DNA of 64,000 nt from Callorhinchus milii (Eukaryota): NCBI RefSeq assembly GCF_018977255.1, contig NW_024704742.1:2544001-2608000 (forward strand). Direction: 5' to 3'. Of the stretch, positions 12,824 through 24,995 are shown in pieces. Below the pieces are notes generated by a model. The model was not told the origin of the DNA. It did not search any database and worked only from the letters and a program-made list of their open reading frames with translations. Position 1 is the stretch's first letter, and every line of letters starts with the position of its first letter. The translations under genes and the position numbers were made by a program.

Positions 12824-15800
12824 GGTATAGGTGAGGGGAAAAGGAGAGGTTGAGGCTGGATTGGAGTATAAACACTGGCACCGATTAATTGTGACGAATG
12901 GCCTGTTTCTCTTGCTGTATCAAACTCTATGTATTTCTGAGAATAGGGAGGAGAATCTGTCCGTTTCACCTTGGCCCCATGTCCAAGTACAGTACCTTGC
13001 ACAGCATCTGGAGGTCAGGGTGCAAAGTGTGTGCAACAGTCCTCATTTCTTATATCTCTCCACATGTTCAGGATGTACACAACTGTAATTGTAATGTACA
13101 CAGGTGTAGAATTATTGTTTGTTAATGACACACAACCGTGGTGTTCATGCGCAATATAGGTCATAATAAATTTGCACTCTTCTTTCCTCGGAGCCGAAAA
13201 CAGGCTCTATCGGATTATGTTTGATCTGAAATGCAATTTCAAACACTTTTGAGTGAACTAATAATCAGTAAGAGCTCTGTTAATCTGCTTGGAATGGAAT
13301 TGAAAACACTCTTGCACTCTTTGTGGTGTGTGTTAGTGGAGATTTCATGAGAATGAACAAAAAGCACAATGCTGAGAGGATCAGTAATCGGTCAGAAAAC
13401 AAAACCCTGTTTCAAAGTGGATTTCTTTGGACGACCAATTTGGTAATAATTTGGTAGGATTTTAGTTAACAAACCAGAAGTTACTTTTTTAAATGTTAAT
13501 AGTAATCCTGGCAATCGATAATACTGCCTTTCATATCAGAAGGTCATCTCAAAGCACTTTGCAGGATAGACTATAAAGTGGAGTGACTAATTTCTGAGCG
13601 CACATGTGTTTGGCTCAGTTGGTCGCCTACTTACTTGCCTCTAGGTCAGAAAGTTGTTAGCTCCAAGAACCATATCAGGACTTGAGCTCACAGTCCAGGA
13701 TGATATCTACCTGTCATCCGTGGAGAATTGGGGAAGGAGTGCTGCGTTGTTGGAGACGCTGTTCCTTCAGGAGAGACCTCAAGCGGGGTCAACTTGGAGC
13801 AGGAACAGGCTACAAGATGACATGTTTGGCAAAGGAAGGTCGGAATCGAGGCAGCCCTCTGTGGCGCTCTCGGTAGTCCAGTTCCTGAGCCAGGCAAGTC
13901 CGCAGTATTCCAGGGCACTGCTGAGGATAGCAGCCCAGTCTGGCTCATCGGCAGGACCTGGAAGGGCAGACCAGTCACTGGGGGAGGGAAATCATCCCGC
14001 TCAGCTCCTGCAAACCAGGACCGCACCTGTAACAGTGCAGCACTCCTCCAGTAACAACTTGGATCATGAATTTAGATTCTAGCACAGGGTTCAAGCTGCA
14101 ATCTTCTGACATTAAGGGTACTAATAACCGAGTCGGATTGGAAGTGAAATGCTTCAAACAATGTTGGAAACAGTGCACAATAAATCAAAATCCGGATGTC
14201 CACAGCCTTCACATCCGCATGGACACGAGCGTGTAGCCAAGGATGCTCAGGGGCACAGCGATTCACAGGCATTTCGGTCGGGGTGAATTTTGACTGATGG
14301 CAGAAATCAGAACGACAACTTTTTAGTCCGGTTTAATCTGACGTTTCCCTGAATCCCATTTGTGCAGCTGCTTTCAGTCACTGCGTGAGAGTTACCGTGT
14401 TGCAGTTAAAACCCAGAGAAGAGCAGGGGGTTGACAAATGGTTCAGTTGGGGCTCTTGTTTGGTGCTTCACGGGATATATGGCAGCGACTGTGTGTGTTG
14501 TGGAGGGAGAACTCCCTTCTCTTTGAAATAATCTCTCAAGTTCTTTAATTATACAGTCAGGACCTCAGCTTAGCCCTCCGGTTAAAACTGTCAGATATAA
14601 CAATGATAATATTCAGATAATGATAATAATATTCCTCGCATTTGACTGGAGGACGTCTCAAAGATCTTTGCAGGTGAATGCTCCAGCTGATTTGCGCGCA
14701 GCAACGATCCAGAAACAGCCACAAAGCGAACGACTAATTCTTTCCGGGGTATTGTTGGTCAAAAGATACAGGGAAAAAATATTTTTTTTTTTTGACTTCT
14801 TCACTAAATCAGTGACAAACTAAGACTTTTTCTCCGCGCTGCGGACCACCATGTAGCAGCAAAACGTTTTTAAGAATTTAAAAATCCTTTCCTGCTGTAT
14901 TATTTAAACTCACACTTCGAGGGATAAGAGGTAATCTGAGCAAACACATTACTTGTGGGTGAATCTTAAGCCTATGATGCATTCGGCTACAGAGATCCAA
15001 GTTCAATTTAAAATTTAATAACGTATTAGAGATGTTACAAGGTACTTAAAATTCCTCTGTGCTTGCTTTATGAATGTGATATATATATATATTTTTTTAA
15101 AAAAAGCTGGTGTAAGTTAGGGATCCTTTGTGCAAGTTTCACAGTGGGAAATGAGAGAATCCTGCAGCTTGGTGGGCTAACCCTGATGAAATACGCCACA
15201 GTCCTTCTGCCTGTGTTTTCTTGATAATCCGTGATCAAACCTATTAATGCCACAGTTTACTGCAATTTAAGCTTCTCCCCTTTATTTGCACGAGGCACGA
15301 ACGCTAGCGCTGTAAGTCAACTGTGCCCACTCAAATACATAGAAAGCCTGGAACAACCTGAATTCTCACACAGTCACATCACTTCACAGTAGAATCCTGT
15401 AAAAAGCTTTGAGACGTCTCAATGGCATGATAAGTTGCTCTGTCAAACGCAAGGAATATTATTATTGTTACGATTAGTAATTTCATTATTATCTGGGGAC
15501 GCTATTAGGTTTCGTGTGAGTTCAACGTTAATACAAGTGGGTCCTTGTCAGCACTTTAGCAAGACAAAAAAAAGATATGTTTTATTCCCTGGAATAGGGG
15601 ATATATACAAAGTCTCCCAAAACTAAAACAGAAATGAAGAACAACGGCAATGAAGGAATAATCACAGTAATGAAGGAGGGAGACCTTCTCATTGAGACTT
15701 TTTTTCTTCACAGTCATTATGAACAGTATCTATCCTTGCATTTGACAGAGCACCTTTCACATCGGGAGGACTTCTTCAAGCGATTTACTTCAAGGCTTAG

Positions 15801-16465
15801 CGATTGTGTATTTTGTGGTCCCCGAGATATGAAGGAAAATACACCCCTTTTTTTAAATGCAGGGTTTTTCTGGTGCATAAAATTGGGCCCCGCATTCCAA
15901 CAGGGTCTGGGGACAAAATAGTCGTCAGTCTCGCCTCTTGGTGGTCACGTTTTGCCCACAAAATACACAGTCAATCCACTGGATGTTCCTGCCATCACTT
16001 TGCTGGTTTCTGGCACTGATGAGCGTGCAGGACACCAGCGGGAAACGTCTTGCACTTCCGCAACCTGTTCATCACACTATAAACGGACTTGTGTTGTGAG
16101 GAGGCACCTTGTGGCCGTATATTGTTATGAAATTCCGTCTTGTTTGTAGTGAGGAATCATTCTTTTCCCGCAGTGTCTGGGACTCAGCTCCTACCCTAGA
16201 CTTCTACTGTGGTATACGTTCAGCGGAGTTGCAGGGCAGTCTGATGGGCTCGGGAGCTGATCCAGAGATGCCTGATTCCTGGAGATTTTAGTACCAGTGT
16301 GGGTACAGGTATAGGTGGCTCGGTACAGTTTTCTCTCACCTATATTTTCATTATCCTTATCCTTATTGTTCTGATCCCTTCACACAAACAGACCAGATAT
16401 CTGCCTTAGACATTTTGCCAATTGCAGAATGATTTAAAGCAATATATTCCCTGGTTCAAATGAAC

Positions 16466-16830
16466 CTCCTGCAGCATAGTGATTAGCACACCCGCCTCGC
16501 AAGCGAGAGGACCTGGGTTCGATTCCCTATCAGGGCGAAACCTTAGGCAAAGTTTCCTTATTCCTCCTGCCTCTGTTTACCTAACAGTAAGTAGGAACCT
16601 CGTAGTTCGTGAATTGGCAAATCGTTTTCCGGGGGTAATAAACCCTGAAAAATAAAATGTGGTCACTCGTTCTGCAGTACGGTTTGTGGGACCCTGCTGT
16701 GGGCAATTGACTGCCACGTTTTGCCCACAAAATACACAGTCAATCCACTTGACAATTATATTCTGTGAAGCGCTTTGAGACGTCACAATGACGTGATAAG
16801 GCACGATATCAAATGCAAGGATTATTATTA
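16466..16830 (+). mobile_element. tRNA-SINE, long subfamily, full length
   Basis: Head with B box GGTTCGATTCC, middle domain, Deu-like segment and tail aaatgcaaggattattatta. Confidence 0.9.
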
Positions 16831-17215
16831 ACCTCAATTTTGGTGGGACCTGGGTGGGTTTGTGTACTTGTGTACTTGTGCATAATTGATCACTGTGTCG
16901 AGGCTAATAAAATAGATATCATGGTCTAATTTGAAGTATCTCCTTAACTAAGGAATCCTGTCAGAATTCTCACTGACTCCCCAAATCCCCACCATCGGAA
17001 TGGAATTCCCGTGGGTCAGTCGTCAGCCTGACGTACTTCCAGTTTCTAGAAGATGTCTTTAACTTGTGCAACTTGGAGTCCTTATTGGGGAAATCTGTTA
17101 AGGAACACTTCAAATCAATCACCGTTATCGGCTATATTACTGTCGCAGAATTAATTGACGGAGGCAGCGTCCTATTTCCGATAATATAGCGCTGATGGGA
17201 ATGTTTCATCCACAG

Positions 17216-17317
17216 CTTGCAACCTGGAATCCTGTAACTGGGCTGAACGGAACGCTGACTGACAAAAAGCTGGAAAACAACATGCGTGGGGTAATGCTCC
17301 GTGTTGTTACGGTGCCG
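17216..17317 (+). CDS. GRID2: GluD2 coding exon (exon 9 equivalent, ATD-S1 linker and start of S1)
   Basis: catccacag acceptor and gtaagt donor at 17318. 102 bp, phase 0/0. [34 protein letters not shown]; the [19 protein letters not shown] segment is GluD2-specific, not GluD1. Confidence 0.96.
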
Positions 17318-19419
17318 GTAAGTGAATATTATCTCTTCATTCTTTATATGTTTTTTCTTAAATATCAAAAGTCGCTTCCTGGCATCAATAGCTTATTGAC
17401 TGACGCTGAATTAGAGGGTTAATTTGAGGAGGGGACATTGCTTAATGGCTGAACTGAGCAAAGTAAGTGAGTACTTTCAGGGCTTCCTTCCACTTCTCCG
17501 TTTAATCAATCCCAAGTATTTTCAGAAAAGCACAGAGGTGTAGTGCATTTGAAGGGTTAAGGTCTAATCGGGCTGCCCACATTGAGATAATTTTGCCCAT
17601 GGTCTTTTCCAGCAAAGTAATAGATAGTTAAGATGCATATGTGGTGTAACTGTGCATCAATCTCGCTTTTATATCGTGGTTCCAATGGCTTGATATATAA
17701 TACACAACTCCTTGCCTGCTTTTTGTTTCCAGCCTCTGCCGCCTGCAGCACAATGGCATTCCATCTATGCACGAATAAGTCTGGAGGTCACTGTGTAACT
17801 GGTACACAGCAGAAGTTCGCACAGACACATTCTAGGTCATTAGAAATGAATTTACGTCACAAATGGAGGCCGGGGAGTGTGCCTTACTGTTTGACCGCTC
17901 TGCTGCCAGCTTCAATCCTGTTTAGGCTATTTTTTGTATTTTATATATCGTTATATATCGCCATGCAGGTGTGAAACATTACCAGGTCTAGTCGCCCGTC
18001 CCTTTTTATTGAATCAGACACGTATTTCCTCCTCTCAACAACAACTTGCATTTATACCGAGCCCTTCAGGCAGGGTTGCAGCTCGGAGCGCTGAAAGGCA
18101 CGTTCCAGGAGGCGATGTGCAACTTGGGGAATTAGTGTGTGATTCATTTGTGCTGAAATCTGCATAGAAACTGGAGATTTGACTCCGAAATAGGGTTTTC
18201 AACACCGGGATAAAGTGCCTTATTTAAATCGCTAATAAACTCCAGGGACCGGTTTTCCTGAGGAGACAACATCATAATGCAACTCTGTCCGGCACTCCCT
18301 TGATTCATTCATTCCTTCCCTCCCTTTGTTCAGTGCCCGCCTCAAGACCTCCTGCTTTGACCGTACTTTCGGAAGTCTTTGCCCCCTCACCCCACTCCGC
18401 CTTCAGCTCCCAACCCCCACCCCAGCCGGCAACGTGAAGTGCTTTGAGCCGTCCTCCTGATGCAAAAGACGCTATGTAGATTTAAATTGGATTGCGCTGT
18501 ATGAAGTGATAGTGGCAGTGGTTTGAGCGCAAGAATAGCGGCGGCAGCTCCTAAACACCCTCGGTCAATCCAAGGTCAGCACAGATCTCTAGCAGCGAAA
18601 TTTGCCGCCTCCCGCCCATGAAGAGAGGGGAAGAATATTCATACGTCTCATGCGTTACTCTTTGTTGACTGTTTATATTCCCCCTTCCCTCCTGTAACAG
18701 ACAGAAACGGCTTGAATACCACCAAACACAAGAATGCAATCGAATGGGCCATAGGGGCCTTCTCCGTCCAAGGCAATCCGAATAAAAATAATAACAATAT
18801 AATGAATAATAATCCTTGCATTTAATGCAGCACCTTATCACATTGTCGAAACGTCCCAAACACTTTGCTGGACGTACTATGTACCAAGTGCCCCGCGTAA
18901 GTGGAGTGGGATTTTTTGTAAATCATGCGATCTGGTGAAGTACAGCACTTTAATTCCTTGAAGACCGCCAGCGGAAGAAAAAAAATTCAACAGAGAGTGA
19001 CATTGTTTCCCGTCACGATCACAATAGAAATTCGGAAGCAGCAAGTCGAGCCTATGATTATTCCAGAGAACTGAGCGAAGGGGAATGCAAAGATAAACAG
19101 CACATTAATTCCCCGGGTTTGCACACCCGCTCGCGTGCTTTTGGCTTTGGCAATCTTCACAGTTGAACGGTTCTTAAGCTGTGACATTTCTTTCGAAGAG
19201 GCACCTCAAATCACCGTTTTAAGACTGACTACTTATCATTGTATTTAGTTTCTTTTTTTAGAAAAAATAAATCTGAGACTGTGCATCTTATCTAGGATTT
19301 TGAGACTGACGTTTCCATTTGCGCTGCTGCTGAAGTCACTTAGGTGTCAGGATACTGTGAGAATTGAATCCATTCTCTCACCCCCGCAAGTTCTGCGCTC
19401 TACCCTAGGGGAGGCGCTG

Positions 19420-19600
19420 GAAGAGTGAGATCTTAGATTAAAAAAGGTGACCGACCACTTGGAGCACCGCGTCGGCTGGGTACGTTGTTCCACGCGTTGT
19501 TCGCTGTGGAAAGAGCTTCTGAAATGTTCGACCTGCCTGAGCTTGTGCGGGTCTTCGGAACTCTGTCCATCGTGGGGCATCGTCAGCACTTGAGGCGTTC
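19420..19600 (-). mobile_element. Old LINE 3' fragment (CR1/L2 group, Crack/Daphne-like wording)
   Basis: Minus strand across frameshifts reads PHKLRQ..HFRSSF..QRTTR.WNNVPADAV, resembling the F.PRT...WN.LP end of ORF2. Confidence 0.5.
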
Positions 19601-19816
19601 TGTCCGTGGCAGAAAGTGAGCGCTTCCAGAATGCAACTTTCCATTTGCCGGTGGAGGCGGCAATGTGCAAAAAACGATTCAGAAATACTCTTCGTTTAAA
19701 AAAAAAGTCTTATCGCCTAAATTTCCTTTCACACTCCCTCCCATACCCTTCTGTTCCCCCCTAAATACTCTCTTAGATTCCCTCGACACTGTCTTGTACC
19801 TGCATCTTGTGGAGTT

Positions 19817-20141
19817 GTGGAGTCCTGTAGCTCAGTGGTTAGAGCACTCGCTTTGCAAGTGAGAGACCTGAGTTCAATTCCAGGCAGAGGGCGAAACCTT
19901 GGGCAAGTTTCCTTACTCCACACGGAGCCTAATAATAATCCCTCCAAAACCAAAAACAATAATAAATTGGTCATTTTCAATCCACGACTGTTTGTGGGAC
20001 ATTGCTGTGCGCAATTGGCTGCCGCGTTCGCCCACAAATATACAGTCAATTCACGTTACAGTGTGTTCTGTGAAGCGCTTTGGGACGTCCTCCCGACGTG
20101 AAAAGCGCTATATCAAATGCAAGGATTATTATTATTATTAT
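19817..20141 (+). mobile_element. Young tRNA-SINE, short subfamily, full length (~325 bp)
   Basis: GTGGAGTCCTGTAGCTCAGTGGTTAGAGC A box, tRNA-Ala-like arm (loop TTTGCAA), B box, (TAA)n spacer, Deu-like 3' segment, L2-type tail and (TTA)n. Near-identical copies at 27293, 38095 and 58684. Confidence 0.95.
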
Positions 20142-20454
20142 CCCCCAGTTACAGACTCCTCAACAAATGGAAGCAGCCTATGTATGCTGAAGGATTAAAA
20201 TGGTCATCAGTCAGAGGTCGCTAACTGTATTGGGAGCCGGATTAAAGCTTTAAAATCACTCTCGGTTTATCTATTCCCTTTTATGTAATTTGTTGTGATC
20301 AGTTGGGTGTCTGACACATTCGGAAACCCGTCCCCATGCTTGAGTAAAAACAAAATAGACGCAGAGTTCCACTTTTCTTTGCCACCTTTGCTTAGAAATC
20401 CCCATGTTTGGAATAGCACTACAGGCACGTTCCCAGGAGGTGAAGTGCAACAAG

Positions 20455-20760
20455 GGGAATCGACTTCAAGATCCTCTCACGCTCGTGTTCAAATCCCTTC
20501 ACTCCCCGGCACCTCCCTACCTCTCCGACCTCCTCACTTCCCAATCTACCGTCCAGCACGTCCGCTTGACTGTCCCTCCGCCCCACCATCGGAGGTCGCG
20601 CTTTCAGCCACTGCGCCCCGAAGCTCTGGAACACTCTCCCTCAATCCCTCCGCCTTGCCCCTTGCTCAAGGCCCGCCTTGAAAAGCCTTCCTCTTCGCTC
20701 TCAGACGCTACACTGCATGGAGGGCGCTATGTAAGTGCAAGTTGTTGTTCTTGTTGTTGT
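20455..20760 (+). mobile_element. L2 LINE 3' fragment
   Basis: IDFKIL..VFKSLH..APPYLSDLL..IGGRAFSHCAPKLWNTLP motifs, then gcgctatgtaagtgcaag(ttg)n. Confidence 0.85.
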
Positions 20761-20804
20761 AGAATGTGCACGCTCTCTCTGGAGATATAGTGCCAGCATT
20801 GTTT

Positions 20805-21025
20805 AATAATAATAATAATAATAATCCTTGCATTTGATATAGCGCTTTTCACGTCGGGAGGACGTCCCAAAACGCTTCACAGAACACACTGTAAAGTGAA
20901 TTGACTGTATATCTGTGGGCGAACGCGGCAGCCAATTGTGCACAGCAGTGTCCCACAAACAGTCATGGATTGAAAATGACCAATTTATTATTGTTTTTGG
21001 TTTTTGGAGGGATTATTATTAGGTT
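20805..21025 (-). mobile_element. Young tRNA-SINE short subfamily, 5'-truncated
   Basis: Reverse complement of about 19930-20141 with few differences. Confidence 0.92.
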
Positions 21026-21294
21026 TGGAGTTGTTTGGGCTCAGTTTCTGTTGGGAATGATCGTGAACCCCAGGGTCAAGCTCTGATGGATCATGGTTCA
21101 TGTTGGTGACATATTTATTGGCAGTGTATTGAGGATTCTCATTGAGGAGTAGCAGTTACCCACGTGCACCACGTAGTGTATCGCTCTGGACGCACACTTC
21201 AACCATTTATCTTACAGTATCGTAAATCGATGACGTTTCTGAAAGAATCTTCTCTGACTCGCTTGTGACAGTGTGAACTGTTTGCCTTTTCCAG

Positions 21295-21492
21295 GAAGAA
21301 CCATTCGTTATGGTTTCGGAAAACGTCTTGGGAAAAACGAAGAAATACTATGGTTTCTCCATCGACGTTCTGGATGCTTTAGCGAGCTACCTCGGCTTCA
21401 AGTACGAAATCTACGTGGCACCTGATTATCGGTTTGGAAGCCAACAACCAGACGGGAACTGGAATGGGCTCATTGGAGAACTTGTCTTCAAG
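21295..21492 (+). CDS. GRID2: GluD2 coding exon (exon 10 equivalent, S1 ligand-binding lobe)
   Basis: ccttttccag acceptor and gtttgt donor at 21493. 198 bp. [66 protein letters not shown]. Confidence 0.97.
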
Positions 21493-21884
21493 GTTTGTGC
21501 ATTGCTGGGTTGCAGCATCTTGATCCCTGTTCAAAAGGAATTCGTTCCTACATTCCCACTTGTGCTTTGAAGTCTTCCTATTCTGGGTGGCTACAAATTC
21601 CAACCTTTCTAGGCCTGGGGGTATCAGTTGAGATTGTGTATCAGTGAGCTGGTGTGCTCTGAATTATTTTGATAATTGATGGTTTTTTGATTTAAAATGA
21701 AGATTGGCAGATTTTTTTCAGGTTTTAATGATCTTTTCTATGATAAAATTGGCCAACTTCCACGCTGTAAGATTACCAGGGACATCAGTGACCTTATAAC
21801 TTGGACGTCGACCAGTTTTGTAGTTCAGATAGTTAATTTTTTTTAAAAAATAACTGACGTAATAATAAGAACAATTCAGGCATT

Positions 21885-22275
21885 TCATATAACTTGCGAT
21901 CGCATTGTTTAAATGCCTCAAAGAGTTTTACAGGACTGACAGTAAAGTGTAGCAACGAGTGTATTTGTAGATAAAATGCAGCGGCCAATTTGTGGACAGC
22001 AGTGAATGACCAATTCCATCTGAGGGTGGGGAGGGGGGGGGGATTGTTGGCCAAGACACCAGGAGAAACTTCCTTCTCTTTTCGAATAGTGCCTCGCAAT
22101 CTTTAACATCCTCCTGAACAGGCAGACATGATCTTGGTTTAACATCTTATTCGACGGACAACACCCCTGGACAATCCAACGTTGCCCCAGCATCGCATTG
22201 GAGCTTCAACCTGGACCGATAAATCCCAACGTTCAGCTGAACCCATAATCCCATGACTCAGAGGCGAGAGAAAGG
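21885..22275 (-). mobile_element. Old Deu-domain SINE (SacSINE1/AmnSINE-like)
   Basis: Minus strand carries ctcgcctctgagtca head remnant, gatgttaaaccaag, gcactattcgaa..ggtgtcttggccaac and aaattggccgctgc Deu motifs. Confidence 0.75.
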
Positions 22276-23807
22276 CTGACATCTGCGTCATGTTTTAACA
22301 ATGGCGGCTAATGTTCCACAGGATTTACTGGCACCGTCCTTTTTTTTTAACCTCCGTAACCAGCCCAGACTGGCGCAAGCGTTTTCTCTTCAAAACCTGC
22401 GGAGGACTTGACGTGGACTGATTTGGGGGCAGTCTCAGTCCGGGTTCCTGTAAATCCCATCGCAGAAAAACTGTACGTTGTTTCCGGATTACGATCGGTG
22501 GATAAAGTTTAAAAAAAGGGTGAGGTGACACTTGAGCTACAGTTTGGAAAATCACACCATAGTTCAAGCTCACCTTAGTTCACTGAATACCGTTGAGCTT
22601 GTGGCGTTCGGGCTGCTGTTCAGAAGGTCGGTTCCATTTGGTGAAGCTCAGACTTAGACTTTCAAGGAGGATGGAGAGAGGGATCCGGTCAGACAAGTAG
22701 TAGCGGTGTTTGAATTAAAGCAGTGACGCCTGGACTATTTCGAGGTCTCCCCACAAACAAACCGCTAAAATACAACTCAAACCGTCCGAAAAAAGTGGAC
22801 TGACTGGATTCCATCACATTCGCTGCTTCAATAATTCTTTTTTTCCGGTTTGAGTGGCCTTTGTTCGTATGGGGAGAAGTTCCATCTAAATCTAGATTGA
22901 AACAGTTTAGGTAGTATTGCAGAGGCCAGAATTTGGCAAACTGTTGCGTTCAGTCTTAACTTTGAAGCCGAATTTCTGAAGTTCTTAAAAGAAAACCTGC
23001 AGAAATCCAGCTTCAGTGCCCCAAATTTATTTGATTTCATGTTTCATCCAAAGAATGGGACCTCCAACATGTAGCACACCCCTAGTACTGCATTAGCTTG
23101 TCACAAATGTTACCGTATTTTTGCTGATACTGCTAACAGCAGTTCATTGTTGAGTTAAATTGCACTGTATTATTCATCAATTTATATTACTACATGCACA
23201 TGGTTATGAATGATTAATGAAGTTGGATTTTTTTTTTAAAAAACACATTCAGTAACTTGTTTAAAACAATTTGTGTGCATTCGATAAAAGCTTTCAGGCA
23301 TATCGATGCGCCTAATTTAACTATCCGTTAACAATCTGCTCGTTAAAAGTCCACTTAAATGTCTTATGTACTAATGTCGATCAGTGACAGTGTGAGATTA
23401 CAGTGAGCGTATTATTGACTTTGAAGCACTCTGAGACGCCGTCCGGCGTGGAGGGGGCTATATAAATCCAAGTCGTCGTCGTAGTGTAATTTAATACAAT
23501 TAAATTATTTTATATTATATTACTCTCCACCATCACTGTCTGCCCTCACCTTTTGGAATTCCATCCTGGAGTTGCCTCCAACTCATCCTCTCCTCTACCT
23601 CTTTCAAAGTCGGTCTCTCAAGACCTTCCCGTTAGCTGTACCATCAGTCACCCTTCCCCTCCCCGCCCTCTCTTGGCTCCCCCCTCAACCCTCCTCGGCT
23701 CCCAGCTCCAGTACAGGTGTTAAGCACCCTGGGATGACCTCCCAACATGACGACCGCTATACCAAATGTACCTTTGTCTTGTCTTGTATTGTTTCGTTCA
23801 GTATTCA

Positions 23808-24035
23808 TAGAATAGAATCATAGAAACCTACATCACAGAAGGAGGCCATTTGGCCCATCAGGTCTGTGCCGACTCTTTGAAAGAGCTATCCAATTAGTCC
23901 CAATTCCCTATTCTTACCCCCCATAGCCTTGTTTTGTTTTCAAGTATATATCCAATTCCCTTTTGAAACTTACTATTGAATCTTCTTCCACCCACCTATT
24001 CAGGCAGTGCATTTCAGATGGGAACAACTCGTAAC
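23808..24035 (-). mobile_element. CR1 LINE 3' end/UTR
   Basis: (atagaatc)n terminal repeat and acagaaggaggccatttggcccatc motif. Similar ends at about 32347, 36538, 55932 and 61630. Confidence 0.85.
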
Positions 24036-24216
24036 AATAATTGGTTTAGATATCGCTGGGTTCAGGCCATAGTACACGTTACTGTAGAGGATTTTTAAAA
24101 AATACACGGAAAATAGCAAAAAAACGACAAATTTCATCTTTCCGAATGAAAAATTAATATGAATCCACGTGGGAATAAAGCAACCGTGTGAATGCATCAA
24201 CGAGAGGGATCTTGCG

Positions 24217-24630
24217 TCAGCCTGGCTCTGATGGTAGCACTCTCGCCTCTGGGTCAGAAGGTTGTGGGTTCAAGCCCCGTGTCGGGACTTTGAATTCCTC
24301 GTCGAAACCGAAACTGCCGAACAGTGGTGGGGATGCGCTGCATTTTCTGAGGTGTCGTCCTTCAGATGAGACGTTAAACCCGCGTGTTCAGACGGATGTT
24401 GAAAATCTCACGGCACCATTTGAAACGAGGAGAGAGTTTTTCCCGGTGTCCTGGCCCGCACAGCCCCAAATAAAGTCGGTCTTTCAATTCGTGTCTGTTT
24501 GTGGGACTTGTGCTGCGCGTAAATTGTTCTGCTGCGTTCGTCCGCAAAACACACAGTGTATTCTGTGAAGCACTTCGGCTCATCCCTCCCGCCATAAAAG
24601 GCACCGTCTCCAAGTAAAGATTATTAGTGT
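24217..24630 (+). mobile_element. Old Deu-domain SINE, near full length, ending ~50 bp before the exon-11 acceptor
   Basis: Head ggtagcactctcgcctctgggtcagaaggttgtgggttcaagcccc, Deu core ttcagatgagacgttaaacc..ggtgtcctggcc..tgtttgtggga, L2-type tail. Confidence 0.85.
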
Positions 24631-24682
24631 TATTATTAATAGTGTTTTTTTGGGGGTTTTTTTTTGCGATAAAATGTTACAG

Positions 24683-24995
24683 AGGGCGGACGTGGGCATC
24701 TCAGCTCTGACGATTACACCGGAGCGGGAGAACGTGGTGGACTTTACCACCCGCTACATGGACTACTCGCTGGGGTTCCTGCTGAAGAAGGCGGAGAAGA
24801 CGGTGGACATGTTTGCCTGCCTGGCCCCGTTCGATTTTTCTCTGTGGGCCTGCATCGCTGGCACCGTGCTGCTGGTGGGGCTGCTCGTGTACCTGCTGAA
24901 CTGGCTGAACCCTCCGCGTCTGCAGATGGGCTCAGTCACCTCCACCACTCTGTACAACTCCATGTGGTTCGTCTACGGCTCCTTCGTCCAGCAAG
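24683..24995 (+). CDS. GRID2: GluD2 coding exon (exon 11 equivalent, end of S1, M1, M2 pore loop)
   Basis: gttacag acceptor and gtaaga donor at 24996. 313 bp, phase 0/1. [31 protein letters not shown]...[26 protein letters not shown]...[13 protein letters not shown](G). The A523, T525, R530, E531, D535 and Y543 equivalents are conserved. Confidence 0.97.

Noticed and set aside
13654..14082. 142-aa plus-strand ORF as a nested gene
   Set aside because: It starts inside a Deu-SINE and runs through a dispersed repeat, with no recognisable domain or splice structure.
19595..19616. REST/NRSE-like half site (ctgtccgtgg)
   Set aside because: The second half (tgctga) is missing, and the site lies at the edge of a LINE relic.
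19817..19892. tRNA-Ala(TGC)-like gene (also tRNA-Val/Ala-like heads at 33607, 16466 and 59784)
   Set aside because: No proper acceptor stem, and each continues straight into a SINE body; these are SINE heads, not tRNA genes.
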